NCBI GenBank assembly: GCA_030603365.1
Contig: JAUVXV010000004.1
Span: 192,001 to 256,000 of the forward strand
Direction of reading: 5' to 3'
DNA from: Candidatus Heimdallarchaeota archaeon
GTDB taxonomy: Archaea > Asgardarchaeota > Heimdallarchaeia > Heimdallarchaeales > Heimdallarchaeaceae
DNA length: 64,000 bases
Below, piece by piece: positions 29,764 through 39,146 of the stretch (position 1 is its first letter; each line of letters opens with the position of its first letter). Made by a program: the position numbers and the translations under genes. Under the pieces are notes generated by a model. The model saw only the letters and a program-made list of their open reading frames with translations, was not told where the DNA came from and did not search any database.

Positions 29764-30652
29764 TTTTCAAACCTCTAGTAAGTATATCATTTAAGTTAAT
29801 TGTAGGATATTGATTCTTTTGATTATAAAATTCTGACTGACCTATTGGTTTCATGTCATATTGTACTACCAATTCAAAAATGCTCTCCATCAATGAACGC
29901 AATTTAAGTGGTTCAAATACTGCATGAACGTATAAACAAACATAAGTGGCACTGCTATCAATATGCTCCTGAAACCGTTGTTTGTAGAATTGGATAATTT
30001 CGTTCTTTGTTTTTCCTTGGATCATTAATTCTTCAATCGTTATCTCAGTTACAGGTAACTGCACAATAGATTCATGAGAAGATTCATTCTCTTTATCAAA
30101 TGTAAGTAGAAAAGGAGAATGATAAATAAAATCTGATGCGAATTTAAACTGCTTAGAAGTAAGCATTTTCAAATAAAATGGGTTCACAATGAAATTAGGG
30201 GCAGCATTTGATTGAGGTTGTTTTTCAAATATTCTGTTATACTCTCTTATGGTTAGATCTAGATACTCAGAAGTTTCATCCTTGTTGAACTGAGCAAAAC
30301 GATTTGCCCAACGTATGTGATTGTATCCGTGAGGATGGAATTCAGTGAGTTTATTTGCTTCATACTCTCTTAGCTCCTTCATGATGCTTTCATCAATGTT
30401 CTTAGGTGGGAGCAAAACTCCTCGTAATAAATCTTTCCAGTGATTTCTCTTCCAGATTGGAATTCTTCTTTTAATTGGTTCTCTATTTTTGATTATTCTA
30501 AATATATTTCTTCCTGTAGCATATTTCCCTAAACTTAGATAGTAGGTGAAAGGAAATGAATATTTCTTAGAAAGGTTAATACTCTCAGGGAGAGCTTTAT
30601 GTAACCCCTCCCATGTATCTATGTCGACTCTAAAGCAAAAATTCGTCTCCAC
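29756..30652 (-). CDS. Polysaccharide deacetylase/deformylase (ArnD-like NodB fold)
   Basis: FRVDIDTWEG, HGYNHIRW, AAPNF, QLPVT, YVHAVFE; likely GTG start at 30652 after GGAG. Confidence 0.75.
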   Translation of the reverse strand: METNFCFRVDIDTWEGLHKALPESINLSKKYSFPFTYYLSLGKYATGRNIFRIIKNREPIKRRIPIWKRNHWKDLLRGVLLPPKNIDESIMKELREYEANKLTEFHPHGYNHIRWANRFAQFNKDETSEYLDLTIREYNRIFEKQPQSNAAPNFIVNPFYLKMLTSKQFKFASDFIYHSPFLLTFDKENESSHESIVQLPVTEITIEELMIQGKTKNEIIQFYKQRFQEHIDSSATYVCLYVHAVFEPLKLRSLMESIFELVVQYDMKPIGQSEFYNQKNQYPTINLNDILTRGLKNE

Positions 30653-30659
30653 TTCTAAG

Positions 30660-31877
30660 TCAGCTCCTTTCAAGCACTCTCTTATAGAGTACCTCAGTAT
30701 CTTCTGCTTTTTTCTCCCAACTGAATTCTTTAACAGCCATGTCATAACCTAATTTGGATAATTCAATTGAACGTTCTTCGGAATCTAGTAATTTCACAAC
30801 CCCTTTAGCTAATTCTTTGGGGTTTTTAGGAGGAACGAGAACACAATTTTTTCCTTGGTCAGTTATCTCTCTTATACCAGGGATATCAGAAGCCACTATC
30901 GCTTTTCTCATCGCCATAGCTTCAAGTACACTTATACTGGATGCTTCAACTATACTTGGAACAACAACTACATCTGCTAAAGCTAAATATGAGGGAATTT
31001 TCTTATTAGGTACCATCCCAATTAACTTGACGTTCTTTTGTAGTTCCCTTTGTTTTACTTCTTTTTCAATCGAGAATCTTTCTGGACCATCACCTACAAT
31101 GATCAATTTTGCAGTAGAATATTTTTTCAATATTTGTTCAAATCCACGAATCAGATGAATTACACCATTTTTGACTACTAATCTTCTAGTGGTCATAATA
31201 ATAGGTCCCTCTTCATTATTTATTTTGGCTTCAGGTAATATATCGGGTTTAAATATCTCTATGTCAACTCCGTTTAAAATAGTGTGAATTTTCTCCTTTG
31301 TTTCTTCTTTACACCAACTTTTTACAATCTGAGCATAATCATAATCTGTGTGAATCTGACAGTCACTTTTTCTTGCTAAATAGGGAGCAAGCTTTCTTTC
31401 CATTTTTCTATAGAACCCAACTTTAAGACGGTTTTTTACCAGCTGATTCCAGTATTTGTAGTAGGATCCATGCATTGTATTGACTATTTTTTTATGATTT
31501 CTCTTTCCTAGAGATACCGCTACTAAACCAGAAGAATAAACATGACCATGAAAAAGGTCAAAATCACTACCATCTATTTCACGTCTTAATAATGGTAAAG
31601 TATTTTTGAATAAGAAGAAGAGCTGACGAGAAAATTTTAGCTGTTGTGGATTATAACTATGCTTTATTGTAGATAACAAATCTAATCTTCTAATCTCTAC
31701 TCCATCAATAGTTGTTTTCTTTTCATTGTTGGGTATAGAACCTGTGATATATGTCACTTTATGTCCTTTTTTTACTAGAGCTTTTGATAGGTTTAATGCA
31801 TGAAGTTCCACGCCACCGCCTATTGAAGAATCGTCATGAGGGCCCAGTTCAAATATCATTGCAATGTTTAAGGACAT
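30660..31877 (-). CDS. GT4 glycosyltransferase
   Basis: GGVELH, ILNGVD, RRLVVKNG, PSIVEASSISVLEAMA. Confidence 0.92.
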   Translation of the reverse strand: MSLNIAMIFELGPHDDSSIGGGVELHALNLSKALVKKGHKVTYITGSIPNNEKKTTIDGVEIRRLDLLSTIKHSYNPQQLKFSRQLFFLFKNTLPLLRREIDGSDFDLFHGHVYSSGLVAVSLGKRNHKKIVNTMHGSYYKYWNQLVKNRLKVGFYRKMERKLAPYLARKSDCQIHTDYDYAQIVKSWCKEETKEKIHTILNGVDIEIFKPDILPEAKINNEEGPIIMTTRRLVVKNGVIHLIRGFEQILKKYSTAKLIIVGDGPERFSIEKEVKQRELQKNVKLIGMVPNKKIPSYLALADVVVVPSIVEASSISVLEAMAMRKAIVASDIPGIREITDQGKNCVLVPPKNPKELAKGVVKLLDSEERSIELSKLGYDMAVKEFSWEKKAEDTEVLYKRVLERS

Positions 31878-31882
31878 CTATA

Positions 31883-32872
31883 TCACTCTTCTTTCATTGG
31901 TTGAAAAATGGCTTGTAATATTCCAATACTCCATGAAATGTGCCCTTCGATAAACATGATAGGTAATAAAAAGATAAATTTCCATTGTTTAAATCTGTAA
32001 GCTTGAATCAAAGAAGTCAGTTTTATAGTTACTAAGTAAAGACCAAAATATGTTACTAATGCTGGCCATATCCATAGACTAGCAAACAGTGCAAATACAA
32101 GAAAGATTCCTGTTATGAAGTAAAAAGTAGGTAATAAATGCCAAAGTTCTAGGCCTGTTTTATGCTCCTTAAAAAATTGTATCTTGCCTATAGCATATTT
32201 TCTTGACTTCGAGCGGAACGATCTGTGATTTTGCGGTCGTTGATGGTAAACAATGGCATCTGGTGTGAAATAAAGCTTAAAACCTTTTTTTAAGAGTTTG
32301 AAATTTATGTCAGTATCTTCAGCAGTTAATAATGCTTCATTAAATGGAAGAGCTTCTTTTAACACCTCTTTTCTATAAACTACGTTACATCCCGCTGCAC
32401 TCTCGACAAATCTACCTTCTTTGTTAAATATACTCCTAGCTTGTTCAGACCACCCACCTCCTAGAAAAGTATTATAGATAGCTGTAACAGCTTTGCCAAA
32501 CAAGCTCTCATTTGGGTATTCAATATTGGGACCAGTGATGCAAACAACGTTTTCCTCTTTCATCTCCTCTAAAGTAGAAACTAAAATTTCCAACCAATCT
32601 TCTTTTGCAATTACATCAGAATCTGTAAAAGCTATTATTTCCCCTTCAGCTATCTCAAGCGCAACATTACAAGCAGCAGCCCTCGTTCCCCCTTCTTCAT
32701 ATACAATTTTACAATCAAACTCTTTTGCTATCTTAATAGTATCATCAATTGAATGACCATCAGCTATGATTATTTCTGTTGGAGCTAAAGTTTGTTTCTT
32801 AATAGAATCTAAACAAGCTCTTAATGTAGGAGCGTTGTTATAGGTGGGGATTATAAGGGACACTGTGGTCAT
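31883..32872 (-). CDS. GT2 glycosyltransferase with C-terminal TM helices
   Basis: IIPTYN, DGHSID, FTDSD, AEDTD. Confidence 0.92.
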   Translation of the reverse strand: MTTVSLIIPTYNNAPTLRACLDSIKKQTLAPTEIIIADGHSIDDTIKIAKEFDCKIVYEEGGTRAAACNVALEIAEGEIIAFTDSDVIAKEDWLEILVSTLEEMKEENVVCITGPNIEYPNESLFGKAVTAIYNTFLGGGWSEQARSIFNKEGRFVESAAGCNVVYRKEVLKEALPFNEALLTAEDTDINFKLLKKGFKLYFTPDAIVYHQRPQNHRSFRSKSRKYAIGKIQFFKEHKTGLELWHLLPTFYFITGIFLVFALFASLWIWPALVTYFGLYLVTIKLTSLIQAYRFKQWKFIFLLPIMFIEGHISWSIGILQAIFQPMKEE

Positions 32873-32889
32873 GATTCCGGATCACTCTC

Positions 32890-33408
32890 TTATATCTTTA
32901 AACGTTCTTCCTTAAAGAAGTGTTTCTTTTTATACCCTTTAGAAATATGCATAGCTTCTTGATATTCAAAAATCTGATTTGGATTTTCCGAAAGCTTTGA
33001 GATTAGAAGTTTTTTAGCTTCTTTCTTAAGAGATTCAATACCCTTCTTTTCTGTTAACGGACAATACCATACCAACCATTTAACTTCATATTCTCCTCTA
33101 CTCACTTGTTTGATTTTAATGAATAAAGGAAATAACATGCAATCCAAAGGTCTGTCACTGTAAATGGCACATACCCCATCATCTGATAGAAAAAAACAAT
33201 CATCTGAGTCTTTTTGTTTTGCAACAACTAATGCTTTCTTTTGGTTTGTTTCTATAGTATTGTACCAATTGCTTTCCTTATTCTTCTCACTTATCCTTTC
33301 AAAATCAATCTTGGTTAATGCGGGAGGAGTACTTCTGCAACATTTACTCTCACAATGTTTTGAACAAATTTCAAGGCTATCAGAAGTTATTTTCATGTAT
33401 TCCCCCAA
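32890..33408 (-). CDS. YkgJ-family Cys-cluster (Zn/Fe-S) protein
   Basis: CSKHCESKCC...CFFL...CAIYSDRPLDCMLFP. Confidence 0.85.
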   Translation of the reverse strand: MGEYMKITSDSLEICSKHCESKCCRSTPPALTKIDFERISEKNKESNWYNTIETNQKKALVVAKQKDSDDCFFLSDDGVCAIYSDRPLDCMLFPLFIKIKQVSRGEYEVKWLVWYCPLTEKKGIESLKKEAKKLLISKLSENPNQIFEYQEAMHISKGYKKKHFFKEERLKI

Positions 33409-34667
33409 AAAGACTCTTTAACCATTTTCTCGATATCATCCGCAGGTTTGATCAATTCCATTTTCTTTTCTTGATTCAAAGCAAATACGGCAGGTCTTGG
33501 ATATCCAAATTGCTCACTCATCGATATCGTGTATGCACCGCAATTCAAAACAACTAACAGATCTTCTTCATCTATCTCAAAGTCAACTGATTCATCAGTT
33601 AATACATCTACAGGAAGACACAAAGGGCCACCAACGTTTGTATATTGACCTTTGCCTTTATATCTCTCAGGAATTACTTTGTAATGAGTATATCTCATTG
33701 GAATAAGTGTATTTGCACCAATATCTGTAAAAGCCCACTTTCTTCCCCATGATTTTTTTGTTCTCAAAACTTTTGTTATTGCAATAAAACTATCTTCTAT
33801 CAGATATCTACCGGGTTCAAGAATTATCATTTTATCTTCAATATTATCGATTAAAGATGAGATTTGTTTACCTAATTTAGTGATTTGAAATCCGCTTTCA
33901 TCTAAAGTAGACTTACTAGCCAAACCACCCCCAAGATTAAGGGTCTTAATTACAATACCTTGTTTCTTCTCTAAATCTTCAATGTATTTATTCAAAAAAA
34001 CTAATAGTTCTTCATAAAATTCATGAGATGTTAGATTCGTACCTATGTGAGTATGAACACCTACAGGATTAAGATTGACACTTTTCTTTGCATACTCAAA
34101 TAATTTAATCCCTCTTGAGTAATCTATTCCAAGTTTGCTGTTTTTCTTAATCAACATCTTTTTTTCTGTTTTTTCATCTAATAAAGGATGAATGCGAATT
34201 GTTATTGGTTGAACTATCCCCTTCATTTTTGCTATTTTTTCAATTAGAACTAGTTCATTCATTGAATCGATATTAAGATATTCGATCTCATTATTAATCG
34301 CATATTCAAGTTCTTCTTTTGTCTTAGCAGGTCCATTAAAAATTATATCCTTGTTGGAAATTCCTGCTTCATGAGCCAATTTAAGCTCAAAGAGAGACAT
34401 AACTTCTATTCCTAAACCTAATTGCTTTGCATTGTGTAAAATTCTACCCAGAAAGTTGGCCTTTATTGCATAAGATATAAACAAATTTGGTAAATTCTTC
34501 TTGAGATCTTTTTCTAACTCTAGAGCATTACTTCGAAATCTCTCCTCTAGATATACAAAAATTGGTGTTTTATTCTTTTCTAGAATTGAATCAACCATTT
34601 TGTTGTATATGTGAAGTTTATTGCTCTTGTACTCAAGATAAGGATAGTTTTTTACAGTATCTAACAT
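33393..34667 (-). CDS. PLP-dependent fold-III amino-acid decarboxylase (LysA/ODC/BtrK superfamily), substrate uncertain
   Basis: YAIKAN, FNGPAK, HTHIG, LNLGGG, LEPGRY, GPLCLPVD, GAYT. Confidence 0.88.
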   Translation of the reverse strand: MLDTVKNYPYLEYKSNKLHIYNKMVDSILEKNKTPIFVYLEERFRSNALELEKDLKKNLPNLFISYAIKANFLGRILHNAKQLGLGIEVMSLFELKLAHEAGISNKDIIFNGPAKTKEELEYAINNEIEYLNIDSMNELVLIEKIAKMKGIVQPITIRIHPLLDEKTEKKMLIKKNSKLGIDYSRGIKLFEYAKKSVNLNPVGVHTHIGTNLTSHEFYEELLVFLNKYIEDLEKKQGIVIKTLNLGGGLASKSTLDESGFQITKLGKQISSLIDNIEDKMIILEPGRYLIEDSFIAITKVLRTKKSWGRKWAFTDIGANTLIPMRYTHYKVIPERYKGKGQYTNVGGPLCLPVDVLTDESVDFEIDEEDLLVVLNCGAYTISMSEQFGYPRPAVFALNQEKKMELIKPADDIEKMVKESFWGNT

Positions 34668-34791
34668 AACGCTCTTGCTCTTACAATATTCTTTACTTTA
34701 AAAAATATTATCACTATAAAACAAATATTAAGGTAAGTGAGTTATTTGTCAATATCCAGCATATTTTTGAATATATTATGAAACTTACTTT

Positions 34792-35952
34792 ATGGATAGA
34801 GATACAGTTTTTGCTTCATTCTCTGCAATCCAAAAGAATGTTGATTTAAAGGAAGGCATAAACGGATTAGTAAAACTTTTTGCAGCAATAGACAGATTCC
34901 CTTACTCTTCAACTCAAAAATTATCACAAGAAACTGGGTTTCCAATTCCTGTATGCGTTGCAATAAGAAATGAGATTGAGAAATTAGGGTGGTGTAAACG
35001 AGAAGATAAAGGAACTATAATGACCGCCCTAGGGAAAGAAGTTATTTCTTCTATATCTATCTTAAATGAGAATTTTTCTTGCCCAAACTGTACAAAACCA
35101 GGTTTATTGTTCCCACTTGAAGCATATAAGGAACAGTTATCCATTTTAGAAAAATACTCTGATTTGCGCGGAAAACCTAATACTGTAATTGACCAATCAT
35201 TTGCTACATCAAAAACTAGTATTCTTCGAGTTCTTACTATGGGGAATAACTATGATTTGTTCTATGGTAATTATGCGCTTATTGGAGATAGTGATTTAAC
35301 CTGTATATCATTAACTCTTTTCCTTCATCCTTCCTCCCGAATTGTTGTTTTTGATATTGATCCTAAATTAAGAGAAATTATCAATTTAGTAAATAAAGAA
35401 CTAAACTGTAAAATTGAATTTGTTGAACATGATCTTAGAAAGAACATCCCAGAAGAATTTCAAAATAAATTTGATTGCTTTTTAACAGACCCACCCTATA
35501 CTGTAGATGGGGTGAAACTATTTGTCTCTCGTGGTATTCAAATGCTTTCAAGTAAAAGAAATGGCACATTCTATTTGTCGTTTGGAACAAAACCTCCAGA
35601 TGATTTGTTGGCAATTCAAAAGGACTTAACTGATATGGGTTGTTTACTTACAGATATTTTACCCCGTTTCAATGAGTATATAGGGGCTCAAAAATTAGGC
35701 GGTGTTTCAACTTTCTATAGATTTCATGTGAGTTCTTCAGCTCAACCTCTAATTCTTGGCAACTATGAAGGACGATTATATACAGGTGATATGAATCCTT
35801 TAGTCAGAACATACATTTGTACAAAATGTAAAAGAGAATTTCTTGTTGGAAAAAATCAAGATTTCATAACTATTGAATTGCTTAAGGAACATGGCTGTTC
35901 TCATTGTGATAATAATAAATTCCAAAAGATACGAGAGAAAAAGATGGAATGA
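34792..35952 (+). CDS. bpsA: Branched-chain polyamine synthase (BpsA/DUF43)-like aminopropyltransferase with N-terminal wHTH and Zn ribbons
   Basis: DQSFAT, GDSDLT, FDID, HDLR, FDCFLTDPPYTVDGVKLFVSRG, FNEY. Confidence 0.8.
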   Translation: MDRDTVFASFSAIQKNVDLKEGINGLVKLFAAIDRFPYSSTQKLSQETGFPIPVCVAIRNEIEKLGWCKREDKGTIMTALGKEVISSISILNENFSCPNCTKPGLLFPLEAYKEQLSILEKYSDLRGKPNTVIDQSFATSKTSILRVLTMGNNYDLFYGNYALIGDSDLTCISLTLFLHPSSRIVVFDIDPKLREIINLVNKELNCKIEFVEHDLRKNIPEEFQNKFDCFLTDPPYTVDGVKLFVSRGIQMLSSKRNGTFYLSFGTKPPDDLLAIQKDLTDMGCLLTDILPRFNEYIGAQKLGGVSTFYRFHVSSSAQPLILGNYEGRLYTGDMNPLVRTYICTKCKREFLVGKNQDFITIELLKEHGCSHCDNNKFQKIREKKME

Positions 35953-36033
35953 TTTTAAAACTGGAAATAATAATAAAAAGTAACTTGAACCTGAAAACGC
36001 CATAAAAGTTTATTTAGAATAATATAGTTAGGT

Positions 36034-37755
36034 GTGAATGTGGCTAAGAAATCCTTATTTGTTCCTACTTTGATCATTGGGAAAATTCTACTCATTTTCC
36101 TTATACTCTATTTTAATCTAGGAATGTTTGGGTTTGATTCATACATTCATTTACAGTATATTGACGCAATAATAGAAAATAAACACATATTTGAGTTCTC
36201 AATTTCTCCTTCATATTATGATTTTGCAGGTTTTCATATTCTTGCTTCTGGTATATCATTAATGACAGGTATAAGTTCAGAGATTCTTTATGAATTCATT
36301 AGTATAATAATTCCAATTCTTATATTTGATTTAACTATTGTAGCTTTCATACGTCATACTGAAAAGAAAAAAAAAGGTTACATTCCTAATAATATGAAAT
36401 CCCAATATCTAGCTCTTATCCTTCTATTTCCAGCATTAATTGGGATTCAAATGTTTTTGGGGCGTCCTAATTCTTTAGGGATTAGCTTATTCAGTTTATG
36501 TTTGTTTCTGTATCTTTGCAAAACTGAAAGTTTCAGAGCTCAAATTGTAGCAAGCATTCTTGCAGTAGTTACAGTTCAAATTCATCATTTATCGGCTTTG
36601 TTTCTAGTTCCAATTATAATATTTGTAAGTTTATTCCTGATAAAAGATTTCAAATCAATAGTCTCCCTAACATATGCAATTCCTGTAGTTTTGATCATTG
36701 ATACAATTTTAAAATCCCGTGAGTTTGAAAAAGTTAACTATTTCTTATCTCTTAATCCAGCTTATGAAAACATTTTCAACACTTTCATAAAAAATAAATT
36801 CATTTTCTTCTTTCTTTGGATGTCCTTCATCTTTGTTTCATACTTCTCACGGGTACACTTTAGAGATTACATTACCAGAAAATATCGTAATTTAGTGAAT
36901 AAATTTGAGCAAAATAAACATTATAGGGGATTTAGTAAGGTTTCAACAAAGATCAACTTAAACAGAATTGCTTATCTTGGCATAATTGGGATTTTGATAC
37001 TTGTTGAAATAATTGGTCTTTTTTCATATTCCACAAGTTTATCATCATGGTATATTTCTGTTGAATTAGTACTCCTTTTCATTCTAAGTGGACTTGCACT
37101 AATCTCAAGAAATACAGTTAAAATCTCCCTATTCATACTAGGTTTCTTCTTCTATGGAATGACTGTTGTTTTCTCGCTACTATTTTCTAGCGAACCAGAA
37201 CTTTCTTGGGTTGCTCCTAGAACTTTTATATTTACTGTTATCTTTATCTCGCTATTGGCTTATCTAGTGATATCTGATTGGTTACCAAAACTTAGGAAAT
37301 ATTGGAAGATAATCTTTCTTTCCATTCTTGTTTTCAATTCTTATCTGAGTTTTGCTTATATAGGAAGCCAATATCTTCCTAATTACAATCTTACCAATAA
37401 TTACCAGAATCTCACAATCGCAAAAACTATGGAATCATTAATAGATTTTAATGTTTCAACTTCCAGCATACCTTTTTCTATATCCAAATTCATCAATGGA
37501 ATCAATATATACACATTACCCATTATCTTAAGTTCAAGATTTACTATAGACGAAAATGCTTACCATCTTGTACACACGGGTTTCAAATACATCGTAATTG
37601 GAACTACTATGGATCAATGGTTGGGTTTGCCTTATCACTTAACTCAAGATGAGCTGACCTATCTTCTAAACATTTACTATTTTAATGACTTGTCATTTCA
37701 TGTTGTGATAAGCAATGGTAATAGTTATTTGCTTTACAATCTGTGGTGGATCTGA
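36034..37755 (+). CDS. Polytopic membrane protein, GT-C-like putative glycosyltransferase/polymerase
   Basis: More than 10 TM; first loop GFDSYIH...YYDFAGFHIL; IHHLS. Confidence 0.55.
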   Translation: MNVAKKSLFVPTLIIGKILLIFLILYFNLGMFGFDSYIHLQYIDAIIENKHIFEFSISPSYYDFAGFHILASGISLMTGISSEILYEFISIIIPILIFDLTIVAFIRHTEKKKKGYIPNNMKSQYLALILLFPALIGIQMFLGRPNSLGISLFSLCLFLYLCKTESFRAQIVASILAVVTVQIHHLSALFLVPIIIFVSLFLIKDFKSIVSLTYAIPVVLIIDTILKSREFEKVNYFLSLNPAYENIFNTFIKNKFIFFFLWMSFIFVSYFSRVHFRDYITRKYRNLVNKFEQNKHYRGFSKVSTKINLNRIAYLGIIGILILVEIIGLFSYSTSLSSWYISVELVLLFILSGLALISRNTVKISLFILGFFFYGMTVVFSLLFSSEPELSWVAPRTFIFTVIFISLLAYLVISDWLPKLRKYWKIIFLSILVFNSYLSFAYIGSQYLPNYNLTNNYQNLTIAKTMESLIDFNVSTSSIPFSISKFINGINIYTLPIILSSRFTIDENAYHLVHTGFKYIVIGTTMDQWLGLPYHLTQDELTYLLNIYYFNDLSFHVVISNGNSYLLYNLWWI

Positions 37756-38900
37756 TGCAATCTCTCAATATAGTACAAGTTACGCCTTTCTTTGAATCGC
37801 AAAGTTATGGGGGGACTGAGAGATATGTAAGTCATTTATCGCGAGAATTGGTTAAGCGTGGTCACCATCTCGATATCTTTACCACAAAGAATAGAACTGA
37901 CATTCCATACCAGAGTTATTATGAAAATATGACTATTCATAGATTTTACAGCCCTTGGAACGTATTTGGAATTAATCCTGCATGTTTTATGCTTCATAAG
38001 ATGCTTCAACTAAAGGAAGTGGATGTATTTCATGTTCATTCATATATCTACTTTACAACAATTCAAGCAGCATTAACTAAATTTCTCAGACGTATTCCAA
38101 TGCTTTTACATGTTCATGGTGGTGTTGGGAGACCTCCTTATAAAACGGGTTTTCTTAAAGAATTTGCTAAGTTATTTTTTGATTATACTCTTGGACGTTT
38201 TGTAATTTCACAAGCTGATGCGATAGCTTCTGTGAGTAATTATGATGCTGGTTTACTCAAAGAAATTGTGCATTCTAATCCAGAAAGAATTACAATAATC
38301 AATAACGCAATAGACCCACAATTATTCAAAGAAATTGATCCAATTTTCTCAAAAGAGTGTATAATATCATATGTTGGTGATTTAGAACCATGGAAAGGCA
38401 TCCCATATTATGCTAGGGTTGTTCAAAGTCTCCTAAAACTTACAGATAAAGCTACTTTCTGGTTTGTAGGATACGGATCACTCTATGACTCATTGAAAGC
38501 AAAATTCGAAAATGAAAAACGAGTTAAGCTATTCGGTGCAGTTGAGCATTCACAAGTTCCAGATATCTTATCTCAAACCAATATACTTGTACAACCAAGT
38601 TTTTGGGAGGGTTCTCCTACTACTATTATTGAAGCAATGTCAATGGGTATTCCAGTTATTGGAGCTAGAATAGGTGATATTCCACGTTTGTTGGAGGATG
38701 GTAGAAGTGGGTTGTTGTTCAAAGCTGGGGATGAAAAAACTCTTGGGAAGTTAATTCTCGAAGCTATAGAAGATTATGATACTATAGCTAAAACTGCAAA
38801 GAAAGCTAGAACAAGAATACGAGAAGAGTTTTCTTTTGAAAGAATCACAGATAAAATTGAGCAATTGTACTTTGAACTAGCTTCAGACAAGAATGGTTGA
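37743..38900 (+). CDS. GT4 glycosyltransferase
   Basis: YGGTERY, INNAID, WKG, PSFWEGSPTTIIEAMS. Confidence 0.92.
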   Translation: MVDLMQSLNIVQVTPFFESQSYGGTERYVSHLSRELVKRGHHLDIFTTKNRTDIPYQSYYENMTIHRFYSPWNVFGINPACFMLHKMLQLKEVDVFHVHSYIYFTTIQAALTKFLRRIPMLLHVHGGVGRPPYKTGFLKEFAKLFFDYTLGRFVISQADAIASVSNYDAGLLKEIVHSNPERITIINNAIDPQLFKEIDPIFSKECIISYVGDLEPWKGIPYYARVVQSLLKLTDKATFWFVGYGSLYDSLKAKFENEKRVKLFGAVEHSQVPDILSQTNILVQPSFWEGSPTTIIEAMSMGIPVIGARIGDIPRLLEDGRSGLLFKAGDEKTLGKLILEAIEDYDTIAKTAKKARTRIREEFSFERITDKIEQLYFELASDKNG

Positions 38901-38950
38901 AAATAGAATCAATTAAGTTTTTAAATAATGAATAGGGGAGTTCTAGTGAT

Positions 38951-39140
38951 GGTAAAGTGTTTTCGAGGGATCAAGAAATGGACTCCCATAAAGAGATTTG
39001 AACTCTTTTTATTGAATTTGATTAATGTGAAGTTTAAACCACCTTCAAATCCGGATTCTTTCCAAAAGACACAAAAACCCTTAGTTTTTCTGAAGTCTAC
39101 AGAAGAGAATCGGTGTACCTCAATAATATTTACTAGGTGA
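38951..39140 (+). promoter_or_regulatory. Long structured 5' leader of metG (candidate cis-regulatory RNA)
   Basis: TATA TTTAAATA at 38920-38927; several hand-found helices; anti-SD TACCT (39116-39120) can pair with SD AGGTG (39135-39139). Confidence 0.45.
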
Positions 39141-39146
39141 TTAATA

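Noticed and set aside
33393-34667. Naming the decarboxylase lysA
   Set aside because: Lacks the CESGD motif and has no lysine-pathway neighbours
38928-39120. Canonical T-box or SAM-I riboswitch call for the metG leader
   Set aside because: No UGGNACC bulge, no AGUA/GAA loop-E pair, and SAM-I core elements are not in order; kept only as an unclassified structured leader
38928-39140. 70-aa ORF upstream of metG
   Set aside because: Its ATG abuts the TATA box, the protein has no recognisable features, and the region is better explained as a structured leader
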